64,000 bases of DNA, from contig JAEOUA010000006.1 in assembly GCA_016839555.1 (NCBI GenBank), positions 288,001-352,000 of the forward strand. Reading direction: 5' to 3'. The notes below the pieces were generated by a model. The model searched no databases and was not told where the DNA came from. It saw only the letters and a program-made list of their open reading frames with translations. Below are positions 20,488 through 30,298 of the stretch, one piece after another. The position numbers and the translations under genes were made by a program. Origin of the DNA: Promethearchaeota archaeon. Lineage in GTDB: Archaea > Asgardarchaeota > Lokiarchaeia > Sigyniarchaeales > SOKP01. Numbering within the stretch: the first letter of the stretch is position 1; each line of letters starts with the position of its first letter.

Positions 20488-21653
20488 GAGTTTTTTCCAA
20501 TTTCTTAATAATTTATCTTAATAAAGTACATGATTTTATGATTTAATAAATTAATAATTACTAACTTAATAATCACAACTATTAAGATTAAAAGGATTAT
20601 AATAAGTTTTTTTAAAAGAAGCTAAAAAGGGAATAAAAGAATAAGAAATATAATTTTAAGCTTTAAGAACATAAGAATTAGAAAAATATAAAAACAAAAT
20701 TAATCATAACTTATCAAATATGTATATTTTGATAAATCAAATTTATCTATTTTAATTGTCTTTCCATTATTTGAATTTAAAGGTATTTTAATTACTATTT
20801 CTCCATCAATATAGAGATTATTGTAAAAAATTTCACTTTTTTTATCAAAATCAATAAATTTATTAACACGCTTCATATATAATTTTTCTATATATATTAA
20901 TAACTTTGCTTATTTCAGCAAAATTACAAATTATTGAAAAAGGTTATTTAAATATAATATATTATATATATAGTCTATATATTCCCGACAAAAAGTATAA
21001 ATATTCTCCAAATAATTCTTTCTACACACCTTTTATCTGATTTACCGTTTTGGTCTTAAAAATTTCTCTCTGTAATAGTCTTTTGAATCATAATCCTCGT
21101 TGAAATCCCTTTGAGTTGTTGTTTTATTATCTAAAAACTCTAGTTTTTTCATCATATAAAAGAAATCATTTTTTATTTTTATTATTTAAAGATCTCATTC
21201 AAGTTCGTGATAACAGATCAAACTCACATTCTTTAATAATAGACTTCAATTAAACCATCCCTATTAGAAGATGCGACATTTTTCAAAGAGAGAAATATTA
21301 AATATTATGTAGAAAATGTAAAGAAAAATGTAGAATATGAGAATTAGTATTTCACTAATGAAACCAAATTATTTCATTAGATCCTCCTAATATACTAGGA
21401 GAGCAATAAAGAATCTTACCAGGTCAATATCCTGATCCGATTACCTCTATTGCTTTTTTTTTCTATAGAGGGTTTTAATATAGCTTTCTAATAATTGCTA
21501 TACTTCTTAATTAGATAATGATATGGTTTGAATTTAAACTTAATGTATATAAAATGTTGTAAATCTATATCCTATATAGGTCTATATAGAATAGAATAAA
21601 TTACCCATGCTTTTAGATTTAGATAAATATATAGGTTTATTATTCAAAAAGTG

Positions 21654-22691
21654 CTATATAATTATCATTTTATCTTGTTGTTGATTTCCGAGCAAAATAC
21701 GATAATAAATTTCCTCATTCTTGAAATTGACTTTTTCGAGCTTGCCTTCAACCATTACAATTTCTTCCTCTTTCGCATGTTCGCAAAATTTTCCCCGAAA
21801 GGAGTTAATCTCTTTAATTTTTTTAATCTCGATATCTTTAGAGAGATCTTTTTCATTTATAATCCTTATTGGATTGATGAGATATGAGCAAGGAGTAAAC
21901 AGCGAATCGGAGGAATTAATGATCTCTGCTTTTAGTTTAATTCTTCCCAAGTTTGTAAACTTGTAATCATAGTAATTCCCTTTCCACTCTTCTGGACTTT
22001 TAAGATATCTAATAAAAAAATCAATTCCTTCATATTTACCTTGATGATTTTTTCTTATTTCACTTTTCATGAAATCATTAAAAGAAATGTCTGCTCCAGC
22101 GGCTCGAAAGCGATAATGTTTTTTATAGTCTTCAAAATTATATTTCCTACACTCGTTTTTATCCTGAAAAATATCTAATAGTTTCTTTTGAAAATTTTTA
22201 GCAACTTCTGTACCATAGATGATGAGATCAATATCAGAATTTACTTTATTTAGACCTACCATATGGGATCCTGTTATTCCAAGAGATCCTTCTGGCAAAT
22301 CTCCTTTTTCAATAAATAAATTACAAAGATTTACTGCTATTATTTCACTTTCATTTAGACTCTTTTTCTCCTTTAAATCTTTAAAATATGCTTGTGGGGT
22401 AAAAATGTGCTCGATATCTTTCCTTTTAACCCCTTGCAATTCCATATCTAATTGTTTAGAATAAAAAAGATATTGTGGGAAATGTTGTTTAAGAAAGGAA
22501 TATCTTTCGGAAATATCATAAATTTTCCGGTAATGAATACCCTTTCTAATTCGATCTCCTTCAGAATCTGGATAGAATCTAATAAAACTAATAATACGAT
22601 CCTTCGGATGAAAAATACCTTTTACATCAAAAAATAAATTGTCTTCTTTTGTTTGAAGATACGCTCCTTCAATGGCTTGGTCAAAACTCAT
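21654..22691 (-). CDS. Predicted nucleotidyltransferase, Pol-beta superfamily (COG1665-like)
   Basis: GITGS..SDIDLIIYG; C-terminal OB-like SFRG..EGKLE. Confidence 0.78.
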   Translation of the reverse strand: MSFDQAIEGAYLQTKEDNLFFDVKGIFHPKDRIISFIRFYPDSEGDRIRKGIHYRKIYDISERYSFLKQHFPQYLFYSKQLDMELQGVKRKDIEHIFTPQAYFKDLKEKKSLNESEIIAVNLCNLFIEKGDLPEGSLGITGSHMVGLNKVNSDIDLIIYGTEVAKNFQKKLLDIFQDKNECRKYNFEDYKKHYRFRAAGADISFNDFMKSEIRKNHQGKYEGIDFFIRYLKSPEEWKGNYYDYKFTNLGRIKLKAEIINSSDSLFTPCSYLINPIRIINEKDLSKDIEIKKIKEINSFRGKFCEHAKEEEIVMVEGKLEKVNFKNEEIYYRILLGNQQQDKMIII

Positions 22692-22775
22692 TTTTACTCA
22701 AAAAGATATCTATAATAAAAATAAGAGAGAAAAAAAGAAAAGTTCTTTTTTTTTAAAGTTTTTAATAGTTCAATT

Positions 22776-22967
22776 TTATTGTCTGACCATAGTAGCTCCA
22801 CAACTGGGACATTTTGTTTGATAGCATGGAACTCCAACTTGATGTGGAACGGTCTTACCACAGTTAGGACAGACACAATTGCCTCCAGGCCCAGCTGCAT
22901 ATGGGCCTCCACCTCTTCCTCTCCCCCCTCCTCCAGGGGGGCCTCTACCTCCACCTCTTCTACTCAC
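22776..22967 (-). CDS. Small RGG-rich zinc-ribbon protein
   Basis: GPGGNCVCPNCG..H..GVPC..KCPSCG; GGAGGTG RBS upstream. Confidence 0.8.
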   Translation of the reverse strand: MSRRGGGRGPPGGGGRGRGGGPYAAGPGGNCVCPNCGKTVPHQVGVPCYQTKCPSCGATMVRQ

Positions 22968-23079
22968 AATTTACACCTCCATAAATATTTTAATAATTAA
23001 ATTGGTTTTCATAATATGAATAATTATTCATAATTAAAAATGTTTACTTTTTAATTTAAATATTGAGTAAAAATAAAGA

Positions 23080-24036
23080 TTATTTCGCAAAAATTCTTCT
23101 CAGTTCGCCGATCGTGGTACTATGTTCAGCATACACGTCGTGGGGATGGATACTTTCGTAGCTTTCAACCTTGAAATTTATTTGAAAATCGTCATCGAGA
23201 TTTGGGAAATCACGTTCAATGAAAATTTTTGCCATTTGTCTTATGATATCCTCAGCGAATAAGGGTTTAAGATGAGCAGTCCTTATTAATTCCGCTTCTT
23301 CGGGTCGTTTTAATACAGATTGAATCTTGCCAGACATACTATCTTCAATTACATCAATTAATTGGAGAACATCAATTTTGTGATTTTTTAAATCTTTTAT
23401 TTGAAGTTGGATAGTTCCTTTCGCACGTTGGTTATGAGATGCGAAGGGAAGAATATTTAATAATTTTTTAAGATCTTCATCAGAAATGTTGATATCCTTT
23501 CTTGTTTTCAGTACTTCTTCTGTGAATTCTTGGGACATTTCTTTAGCACATGGACAGCAGCTCATTCCCAGTGCTGTGGCGCCAATAAAATAAGTAAAAT
23601 CGATCTCTCCCTCTTTATTTTTATTTGCTCTGGTACAGGAACTAATATCGTACGATTTTTGGATATTTCCGTGAGATTCTTCCCTCACTTGCACAATTAT
23701 TTTACCTTCTAGTTTTACCTCTACTTTTGAGGTATAGGGATGTCTTTTTAATAATTTTCTTGCAATACGGTCTCCTACTAGTTCGATAGTGGGTGTAGGT
23801 TTAAAAATAACTTCATTAATTATTTCTTCTATAGTTTCCGCTGTTCGAGACATATGAATTCCTCGCTGTTGAGCTGGGAGAGAAATTAAAGCTGAAATTT
23901 GGGGATAGAATGAATATTTTTTATTCTCTTGAACGATTTCTACCTTTTTTTCAACATTTATAATACCAACTTTGTCGATTGGCAATTTAAACTCAACAAC
24001 TTCCGAATCTTGAAGATCTTTTTTAAATTGATGTAT
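23080..24036 (-). CDS. mptA: GTP cyclohydrolase MptA (FolE2 family); probable ATA start at 24036
   Basis: RGIHMSR, CPC, SHNQR, LKRPEE, FAED, ESIHPHD. The family's N-terminal DxQ motif (DLQ) lies upstream of the called TTG(23985). Confidence 0.88.
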   Translation of the reverse strand: MHQFKKDLQDSEVVEFKLPIDKVGIINVEKKVEIVQENKKYSFYPQISALISLPAQQRGIHMSRTAETIEEIINEVIFKPTPTIELVGDRIARKLLKRHPYTSKVEVKLEGKIIVQVREESHGNIQKSYDISSCTRANKNKEGEIDFTYFIGATALGMSCCPCAKEMSQEFTEEVLKTRKDINISDEDLKKLLNILPFASHNQRAKGTIQLQIKDLKNHKIDVLQLIDVIEDSMSGKIQSVLKRPEEAELIRTAHLKPLFAEDIIRQMAKIFIERDFPNLDDDFQINFKVESYESIHPHDVYAEHSTTIGELRRIFAK

Positions 24037-24205
24037 TTTTCATCACCAATTTCTGATATTAAATCACTATTCTAGACTAGAAAAAGATGTATTAATTTTA
24101 ATATTTCAGATTAATATAAAATGAAATTAATATGATCAATAATTATTGCAAACCAGAATTTTATGAATGGTTTAAAAGAGCCTTTGATTAAAGTAGATAA
24201 GATTT

Positions 24206-25363
24206 ATGCATAAATATACATTTGGACTTATTGGGGATAATTTAGAAATCAAAAAAGATATTAGATTTGATATAAATAATAAAGGAAAAATAGCTAATCT
24301 TACTTATAAAGAATGTAAAAATGAATTAAATCTTAGAGAGGACATAAATAATTTTTTTCTTTTACCAGGATTAATAAATTCTCATGTTCATATAGGAGAT
24401 AGTTTTGCTAAGGAAAGAGGCTATAATATGGAATTAATTGATATGGTATCCCCTCCAAATGGCTTAAAACATATCTTACTTGAAAATATATCACCAGAAA
24501 TTAAAATAAATGGCATTAAACAAGCAGCTTTAGAGATGTTATCTAATGGAATTACATTTTTTATGGATTTTAGAGAAGAAGGGGTAAAGGGCATTACAAT
24601 TTTAAAGGATGCATTAAATGAAAGTCCAATAAAATATCAGGTCTATGGAAGGTTCAATAGCATAGAGGAAATTAAGCAGATATTTCAACAAGCAGATGGT
24701 ATAGGATTATCAAGTTATAAAATTATAAATTTAGGGATAAAAAAGGAATTACAAAATAATAAGGAGATATATAAAAAATTAATAGCATGTCATCATGCGG
24801 AAGAAAGGAGAAAACCAAAATTATTCAAAGAAATATTAAAGGATAAATTAATCCAAATACTTATTCATGGCACCCAATTGTTAGAAAGCGATTTGGAAGA
24901 TTTACAAAATAAAAACATCTCTTTAATTTTGTGTCCAAGATGTAATGGATATTTTGGAGTAGGTTTTCCTCCAATTAGAGAGGTTTTAAAATTAAATATT
25001 CCTGTTTCTATAGGGACAGATAATATAATGATTAATAGCCCTAATTTATTTGAGGAAATAAGATATTTATCTTTAATTTTTAAAGTTCTAAATAGAGGGA
25101 ATAAAAAGCCTACTTTATCAGCTAGAGAATTATTAAAAATGATTACCATAAATGCTGCCAGAAATTTTAGAGTTCAAAATCAAGTAGGGTCAATTCAAGA
25201 AGGGAAAGATGCCGATTTTTTCTTAATTAATTTAAATGATCCCAATTATTATTCATTTACTTTAACTAAGGATATTATCTATCCCTTAATTGTTCAAAGA
25301 ACTCAAACATCAAATATTAAAAAAGTATATATAAAGGGTGAGAAAGTATTTGAGAGAAAATGA
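24206..25363 (+). CDS. Metal-dependent amidohydrolase (deaminase-like)
   Basis: PGLINSHVHIGDS, HHAE, IHG, CPRCN, GTDN, GSI..GKDAD. Confidence 0.85.
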   Translation: MHKYTFGLIGDNLEIKKDIRFDINNKGKIANLTYKECKNELNLREDINNFFLLPGLINSHVHIGDSFAKERGYNMELIDMVSPPNGLKHILLENISPEIKINGIKQAALEMLSNGITFFMDFREEGVKGITILKDALNESPIKYQVYGRFNSIEEIKQIFQQADGIGLSSYKIINLGIKKELQNNKEIYKKLIACHHAEERRKPKLFKEILKDKLIQILIHGTQLLESDLEDLQNKNISLILCPRCNGYFGVGFPPIREVLKLNIPVSIGTDNIMINSPNLFEEIRYLSLIFKVLNRGNKKPTLSARELLKMITINAARNFRVQNQVGSIQEGKDADFFLINLNDPNYYSFTLTKDIIYPLIVQRTQTSNIKKVYIKGEKVFERK

Positions 25364-26024
25364 GAAACCTTACATAATATTAAGCGCCGCAATGACAATA
25401 GACGGAAAAATAGCCTCTAAGAGTGGAGATCCAGAGCTTTCGGATGAAGAAGATTGGAAAGAAGTGCACAAATTGAGAACTCAAGTTGATGCAATAATGA
25501 TTGGCAAAAATACAGTTCTTACAGATGACCCTAAGCTTCATATAAAGTATCATCAACATGATGGATATTATAGAATTATTTTAGATAGTAAATTATTAAT
25601 TCCACTTTCGTCAAAAGTAATTACTTTTCAACCAGAATTATATCCCACAATTATTTGTACCACTGAAAATGTTTCCCCACAAAGAATAAAAGAATTCCAA
25701 GAAAAAAATGTAAAAATAATCCAATCAGGAAAGGGAAAGCGTGTCGATATAGTAAAGTTGATGCCAAAACTCTCCAAGTTAGGAATTAAATCGATTCTTT
25801 TAGAAGGGGGAGGTACCATTAATTGGAGCTTTGTTAAGAATAAATTAATTGATGAAGTACGCCTTACGATTGCGCCGTGGATAGTGGGCGGAAAAGAAGC
25901 TGTCAGTTTAGTGGAGGGAAAAGGATTCGAATTCATGAAGCATTCATTAAAATTTGAATTAGTTTCGGTTAAACATCGAGCAAATTATGTTATTCTAAAA
26001 TATAAGAGAAAAAATGACAAATAA
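25338..26024 (+). CDS. arfC: 2,5-diamino-6-ribosylamino-4(3H)-pyrimidinone 5'-phosphate reductase (start may be TTG at 25350)
   Basis: AMTIDGKIA, DAIMIGKNT..DDP, LLEGGG, APWIVGG. Confidence 0.88.
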   Translation: MRKYLRENEKPYIILSAAMTIDGKIASKSGDPELSDEEDWKEVHKLRTQVDAIMIGKNTVLTDDPKLHIKYHQHDGYYRIILDSKLLIPLSSKVITFQPELYPTIICTTENVSPQRIKEFQEKNVKIIQSGKGKRVDIVKLMPKLSKLGIKSILLEGGGTINWSFVKNKLIDEVRLTIAPWIVGGKEAVSLVEGKGFEFMKHSLKFELVSVKHRANYVILKYKRKNDK

Positions 26025-27123
26025 GAGAAAAAAAATAGATTATTTCAAAGATATAACTTTAAAACGACTCAGGGAAGAGGTAAAGGAGATTAAAGAAGCT
26101 CTTCCAGAAGAGAAGAAGAATATTATTACTTATTCCCGAAATTTTACACTTTCGCTATCAAATTATTGTATAAATAATTGTGGGTACTGCTATTATAATT
26201 TTAGGGTTCCTAAATATGGCGCGAATAAAAATGTTATTTTACTTGGCAAAGATGATGTTAAAAAACAAGTCGATGAAGCTATTAAACATAATTGTAAAGA
26301 GGGCTTAGTTATGTCCGGGGAAAAACCTGATGAATTTCCAGAAGTTAGAAAAGAGTTAGAAACTCGAGGCTTTAACAATTATATCGATTATGTCCAAAAT
26401 ATATGTCGCTATTTATTAAAGTTTAAAATCCTTCCTCATACAAATATAGGCTTCTTAACATATAAACAAATGAAACTATTAAAAAACTATAATGCTAGTA
26501 TGGGGTTAATGTTAGAAAGCACCAGCAAGAAACTATTCAATAAGGGAGAAGTACATGAATTTTCACCAGGGAAAACGCCCAAAAGAAGGATAAAACCTTT
26601 AATAAATGCAGGAAAATTAAAAATTTCCTTTACGACAGGATTATTATTAGGTATTGGTGAAAATTTCGAGGATCGAGTTAAGGATTTATATTTGATAAAA
26701 GATATTTATGACAAATATAAACATATTCAAGAAGTTATTCTCCAGAATTTTGAATATAAAAATGGGATATCGTATAATCCGGCTCAACCCATTTCGATGG
26801 AGAAAATGTTGAAAATAACGGGAGTAGCAAAGTTAATATTTAAAAACGATATAGCTATTCAAGTTCCACCAAATCTAATAAAGGGATTTGAAAAAAGCTT
26901 CATCGAAATGGGGATAAATGACTTTGGGGGAATCTCACCATTTTCTCAAGATTTTATAAATCCCGAAAAAGAATGGCCCAAAATCGAGTATTTAAGCGAA
27001 ATATTAAAAAAAAAAAGATATTTCCTCAAAGAAAGGCTTCCAATATATGAGAAATATGTGAATAAGAAAAACTTCTGTCCAAAAAATATTAGAAATATAA
27101 TTAATTCTGATTTTAAATCCTAA
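26014..27123 (+). CDS. cofG: FO synthase subunit CofG (radical SAM)
   Basis: ITYSRN, CxxxCxYC, PHTNIG, ASMGLMLE, FTTGLLLGIGE, IQVPPNL, DFGGISP, ERLPIY. Confidence 0.93.
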   Translation: MTNKRKKIDYFKDITLKRLREEVKEIKEALPEEKKNIITYSRNFTLSLSNYCINNCGYCYYNFRVPKYGANKNVILLGKDDVKKQVDEAIKHNCKEGLVMSGEKPDEFPEVRKELETRGFNNYIDYVQNICRYLLKFKILPHTNIGFLTYKQMKLLKNYNASMGLMLESTSKKLFNKGEVHEFSPGKTPKRRIKPLINAGKLKISFTTGLLLGIGENFEDRVKDLYLIKDIYDKYKHIQEVILQNFEYKNGISYNPAQPISMEKMLKITGVAKLIFKNDIAIQVPPNLIKGFEKSFIEMGINDFGGISPFSQDFINPEKEWPKIEYLSEILKKKRYFLKERLPIYEKYVNKKNFCPKNIRNIINSDFKS

Positions 27124-27125
27124 GT

Positions 27126-27569
27126 TCATTCGATTATTTCTAGGGTACCCTCCGTTCCATTAACCCTAACAATGCTACCATTTTTAATTTTTTCTAATTC
27201 CTTGAAATCAATTTGGTCAACTATCGGAAACTGAATTCCAAAGAAAATATCTGCGGCGACTGCGCCCGAGCTCATGAGAGGTTCTCCTCTCTCGCAAACT
27301 ATCGCTTTTGGTCCAATGCCTCTGTGGATCGTTTCAAGCAATACAAATCCTAAAGTAGTTGTCCCGATTGGATAAGGAAATATCAATATTTTGTCTCCCA
27401 CGTCCTTTCTATAAAGTTCATGAGTTCTATCTGCGACTTTAAGCTTTCTACTAAATTGAATCAATGGAAAAGTGAACGCTGCGGAAATACTGAATGGCTG
27501 TGATGTAATTATCGCTTCGCCTTCCGCAATACCTCCACTTAATCCCCTCCCTTTTAGAATCTTATTCAT
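27126..27569 (-). CDS. Aconitase X small (swivel) subunit, DUF126
   Basis: LKGRGLSGG.AEGEA, KILIFP, GPKAIV, V.VNG..G. Confidence 0.85.
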   Translation of the reverse strand: MNKILKGRGLSGGIAEGEAIITSQPFSISAAFTFPLIQFSRKLKVADRTHELYRKDVGDKILIFPYPIGTTTLGFVLLETIHRGIGPKAIVCERGEPLMSSGAVAADIFFGIQFPIVDQIDFKELEKIKNGSIVRVNGTEGTLEIIE

Positions 27570-28758
27570 TATACCATCCCTCCGTAGCTATTCTGATACA
27601 ATCATCAATATTTCTATAAGTTGCATTACTATAAAAACATGTTTTTGCTGAATTGGTTGTTAATGGTCTTGGCAATGCAGTCAACAGGGGACAAAAGGAT
27701 GTTAAATGGGCTCCTGAGTCTTCCAAGATTCTATTGTAATCAGAATTAATTATTGAGTTCTTTGCCTCTGGATTAGTGCAAATCCAAAAATTTATCCCTT
27801 CACTAATTTTTTTACCTTCTAATTTATTAATTACTTCAATTGCTTCCTTTCTACTCAACTGAGGACACCCAATAGATATATTATTCGGGGACTTATTCCA
27901 CTCCGTGCTATATTTTTCTCGAACCTGCTTAATATCATTCATGGTAATGTCTATAATTTCTTTTGGTTTGTCGTTTTGAAATGCTTGTTCTAAAGTTTTT
28001 CCTTCTGGCGTTTTTCCAATTACATGTATTAAAGCAACAGCACCGGTAGCTGCTGATGCTGCACCTAAGTTTTTTAGATAATCAGATGAGATATTTTCAA
28101 GTCCTTCAATTACAGGTACTTGATTTCCCGCTATTTCACCTATTATCAAGCCAATAGATGTTAAATTAAATAAATCATTTTTATCAATATCAGGAGAAAG
28201 CCGAAAAAGCAATTCTCCTTTCCTATTTTCTGTTATAAGCAATCCATGATAGGAAGTCTTTCCGAGAATCCCACACGCAATATCCACAAGACCACCCTCC
28301 CTATTAGAACGGGCCCCTATTACCGAATTCAAATAAATCACTGCTGAGGACTCAGACCATGCACAATATTCTCTGAATTTAGGTTTATTATCAATAAAAT
28401 ATGGTGTACAAGTAAATCCCCGGATCCCAATTTTATCCAAATCTTCCATCATCTGGTCATGAAGCGTAAACATAGGATATACCACGCTCAATTCTTCGCT
28501 ATAATCCATATCAATTATAGGATCAGCCGTCGTTCTTACTTTTACTTTCAACCCTGATTCTGCAATTTCGTGTAAAACATTTGCCGCCGCATTAACAAAA
28601 TTCAATCCAAAGTTTAATACAGTATGGGCAGATACAATATCAATTAATTTTTCCGCTCCAAAAGAGTCTCCCAATTTCACGATAAGTTTCATTAATTTGG
28701 AAAGCATTTCTCCTTTATTTCCTGAGAGGATATCCTCTTCTTCCTTAGTTAAATACAT
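27562..28758 (-). CDS. Aconitase X catalytic subunit, DUF521
   Basis: MYLTKEEE, TCTPY, WSESSA..NSVIGARSNRE, GCPQ, TNSAK. Confidence 0.9.
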   Translation of the reverse strand: MYLTKEEEDILSGNKGEMLSKLMKLIVKLGDSFGAEKLIDIVSAHTVLNFGLNFVNAAANVLHEIAESGLKVKVRTTADPIIDMDYSEELSVVYPMFTLHDQMMEDLDKIGIRGFTCTPYFIDNKPKFREYCAWSESSAVIYLNSVIGARSNREGGLVDIACGILGKTSYHGLLITENRKGELLFRLSPDIDKNDLFNLTSIGLIIGEIAGNQVPVIEGLENISSDYLKNLGAASAATGAVALIHVIGKTPEGKTLEQAFQNDKPKEIIDITMNDIKQVREKYSTEWNKSPNNISIGCPQLSRKEAIEVINKLEGKKISEGINFWICTNPEAKNSIINSDYNRILEDSGAHLTSFCPLLTALPRPLTTNSAKTCFYSNATYRNIDDCIRIATEGWYNE

Positions 28759-28966
28759 TTTTTTCCTCTTCGAATTTTTATTAAATCTAAGTATTTAATA
28801 TTTAAATAAAAATGTTGTGGTGGGATGATAGAAAAATAATTTTCACCCAGTTAAAATGAAAAATTTTCTAGAATTAAATTTTAAAAAATTGATTTATTAT
28901 AGTTTTTTAAGCAATTTATAAAGTAGAAAAATAAAAGAGCTTTTCTTGAGATTTTCAAACAAATAA

Positions 28967-29073
28967 TTAAAAAAAGAAGGATATAAACTAGAAGAAAGAC
29001 TTCTAATATATGAAAATTACAAAATATAAAGTCTTTTTAGAAAGTATTAAAAAATAATTGATAATATAGATTA
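28967..29073 (+). pseudogene. Decayed copy of a cofG 3' end directly upstream of cofH
   Basis: Translates as LKKEGYKLEERLLIYENY, against LKKKRYFLKERLPIYEKY at the CofG C-terminus. Confidence 0.68.
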
Positions 29074-29076
29074 GTA

Positions 29077-30204
29077 ATGATTATTTCTCAATTGAAAGGA
29101 ATTGACCCTGTAATAAAAAAAATTTTAAGAAAAAGTCAGACAAATGAGGAAATCACTCCAGATGAAGCTTTAAAACTACTAAAAGTATCTGGAAGAGAAT
29201 TTTCTGCCTTACAATATGTCGCAAATCAAATTTGTCAAGAAAAAAAAGGGAATGTCGTTACGTTTGTAGTAAATCGAAATATCAATTTTACAAATATTTG
29301 TTCCAAACAGTGTCTCTTTTGTTCTTTTAGTCATCTTGAGAATCATGAAGATGCATTCTTACTAACAATGGAAGATATTAGGAATAAGGCAATTGAGGCA
29401 AAAGAATTGGACTGTACAGAACTATGCATTCAAGGAGGGATAAATCCTAATCTATCTTTTGATTATTATTTAGATATTCTAAAAACTGTAAAAAAGGTTG
29501 ATCCAAATATCCATACTCATGCATTTTCTCCTGAAGAAATCTTTTTTATGTCAAGGCTTTATGATGATTATATTGAAGCTACATTAAAACAACTGAAAAA
29601 AGCAGGATTAGATTCTATCCCTGGTACCGCTGCTGAAATGTTAGTTGATAAAATCCGAAAAATAATATGCCCAAATAAGATTTCTACCGCTCAATGGATT
29701 GAAATTATCACCACATCTCATGAATTGGGTATTCCAACCACCTCCACAATGATGTATGGACATATTGAAGACTTAGAGGATAGAATAACCCATCTTACAA
29801 TTTTGAGAAACATTCAAAAAAATACCTTTGGAATCACTGAATTTGTCCCCTTACCGTTTGTTAAGGGAAATCCTGCTTTATCAAAATTAAAGAAATACCC
29901 TTTAAAACCCAACTATGGTATGAGTGATTTAAAGTTGTTCTGTGTTGCGAGGTTATTTTTAAATAACTATATTGATAATATTCAGACTTCATGGGTTAAA
30001 TTAGGGCCTAAATTGGCCCAAGTTTCCTTAAATTATGGAGTTAATGATTTTTCAGGCACTTTAATGGAAGAAAATATATCCAGAAGTGCTGGAGCAGAAT
30101 TTGGACAATATCTATCTCCGAGTGAAATGAAAACAATTATTAGAAACGCAGGTCGGATTCCTGCGCAACGAGATACTTTATATAATATACTTAGAAAATT
30201 TTAA
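29077..30204 (+). CDS. cofH: FO synthase subunit CofH (radical SAM)
   Basis: NRNINFTNICxxxCxFC, QGG, HAFSPEE, PGTAAE, MYGHIE, EFVPLPF, IQTSWVKLG, GTLMEENIS. Confidence 0.93.
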   Translation: MIISQLKGIDPVIKKILRKSQTNEEITPDEALKLLKVSGREFSALQYVANQICQEKKGNVVTFVVNRNINFTNICSKQCLFCSFSHLENHEDAFLLTMEDIRNKAIEAKELDCTELCIQGGINPNLSFDYYLDILKTVKKVDPNIHTHAFSPEEIFFMSRLYDDYIEATLKQLKKAGLDSIPGTAAEMLVDKIRKIICPNKISTAQWIEIITTSHELGIPTTSTMMYGHIEDLEDRITHLTILRNIQKNTFGITEFVPLPFVKGNPALSKLKKYPLKPNYGMSDLKLFCVARLFLNNYIDNIQTSWVKLGPKLAQVSLNYGVNDFSGTLMEENISRSAGAEFGQYLSPSEMKTIIRNAGRIPAQRDTLYNILRKF

Positions 30205-30298
30205 AATTCTATAATATGTTATTTTTTATTTAATAAATAAAGATTTAATATAAGAAAATCAAATATAATATATATAAAGGAAGAGGTTCAATGCTTTT

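Noticed and set aside
22694-22954. Alternative-frame 86-aa ORF over the RGG zinc-ribbon gene
   Set aside because: The 22776..22967 frame has the RBS and a recognisable Cys motif.
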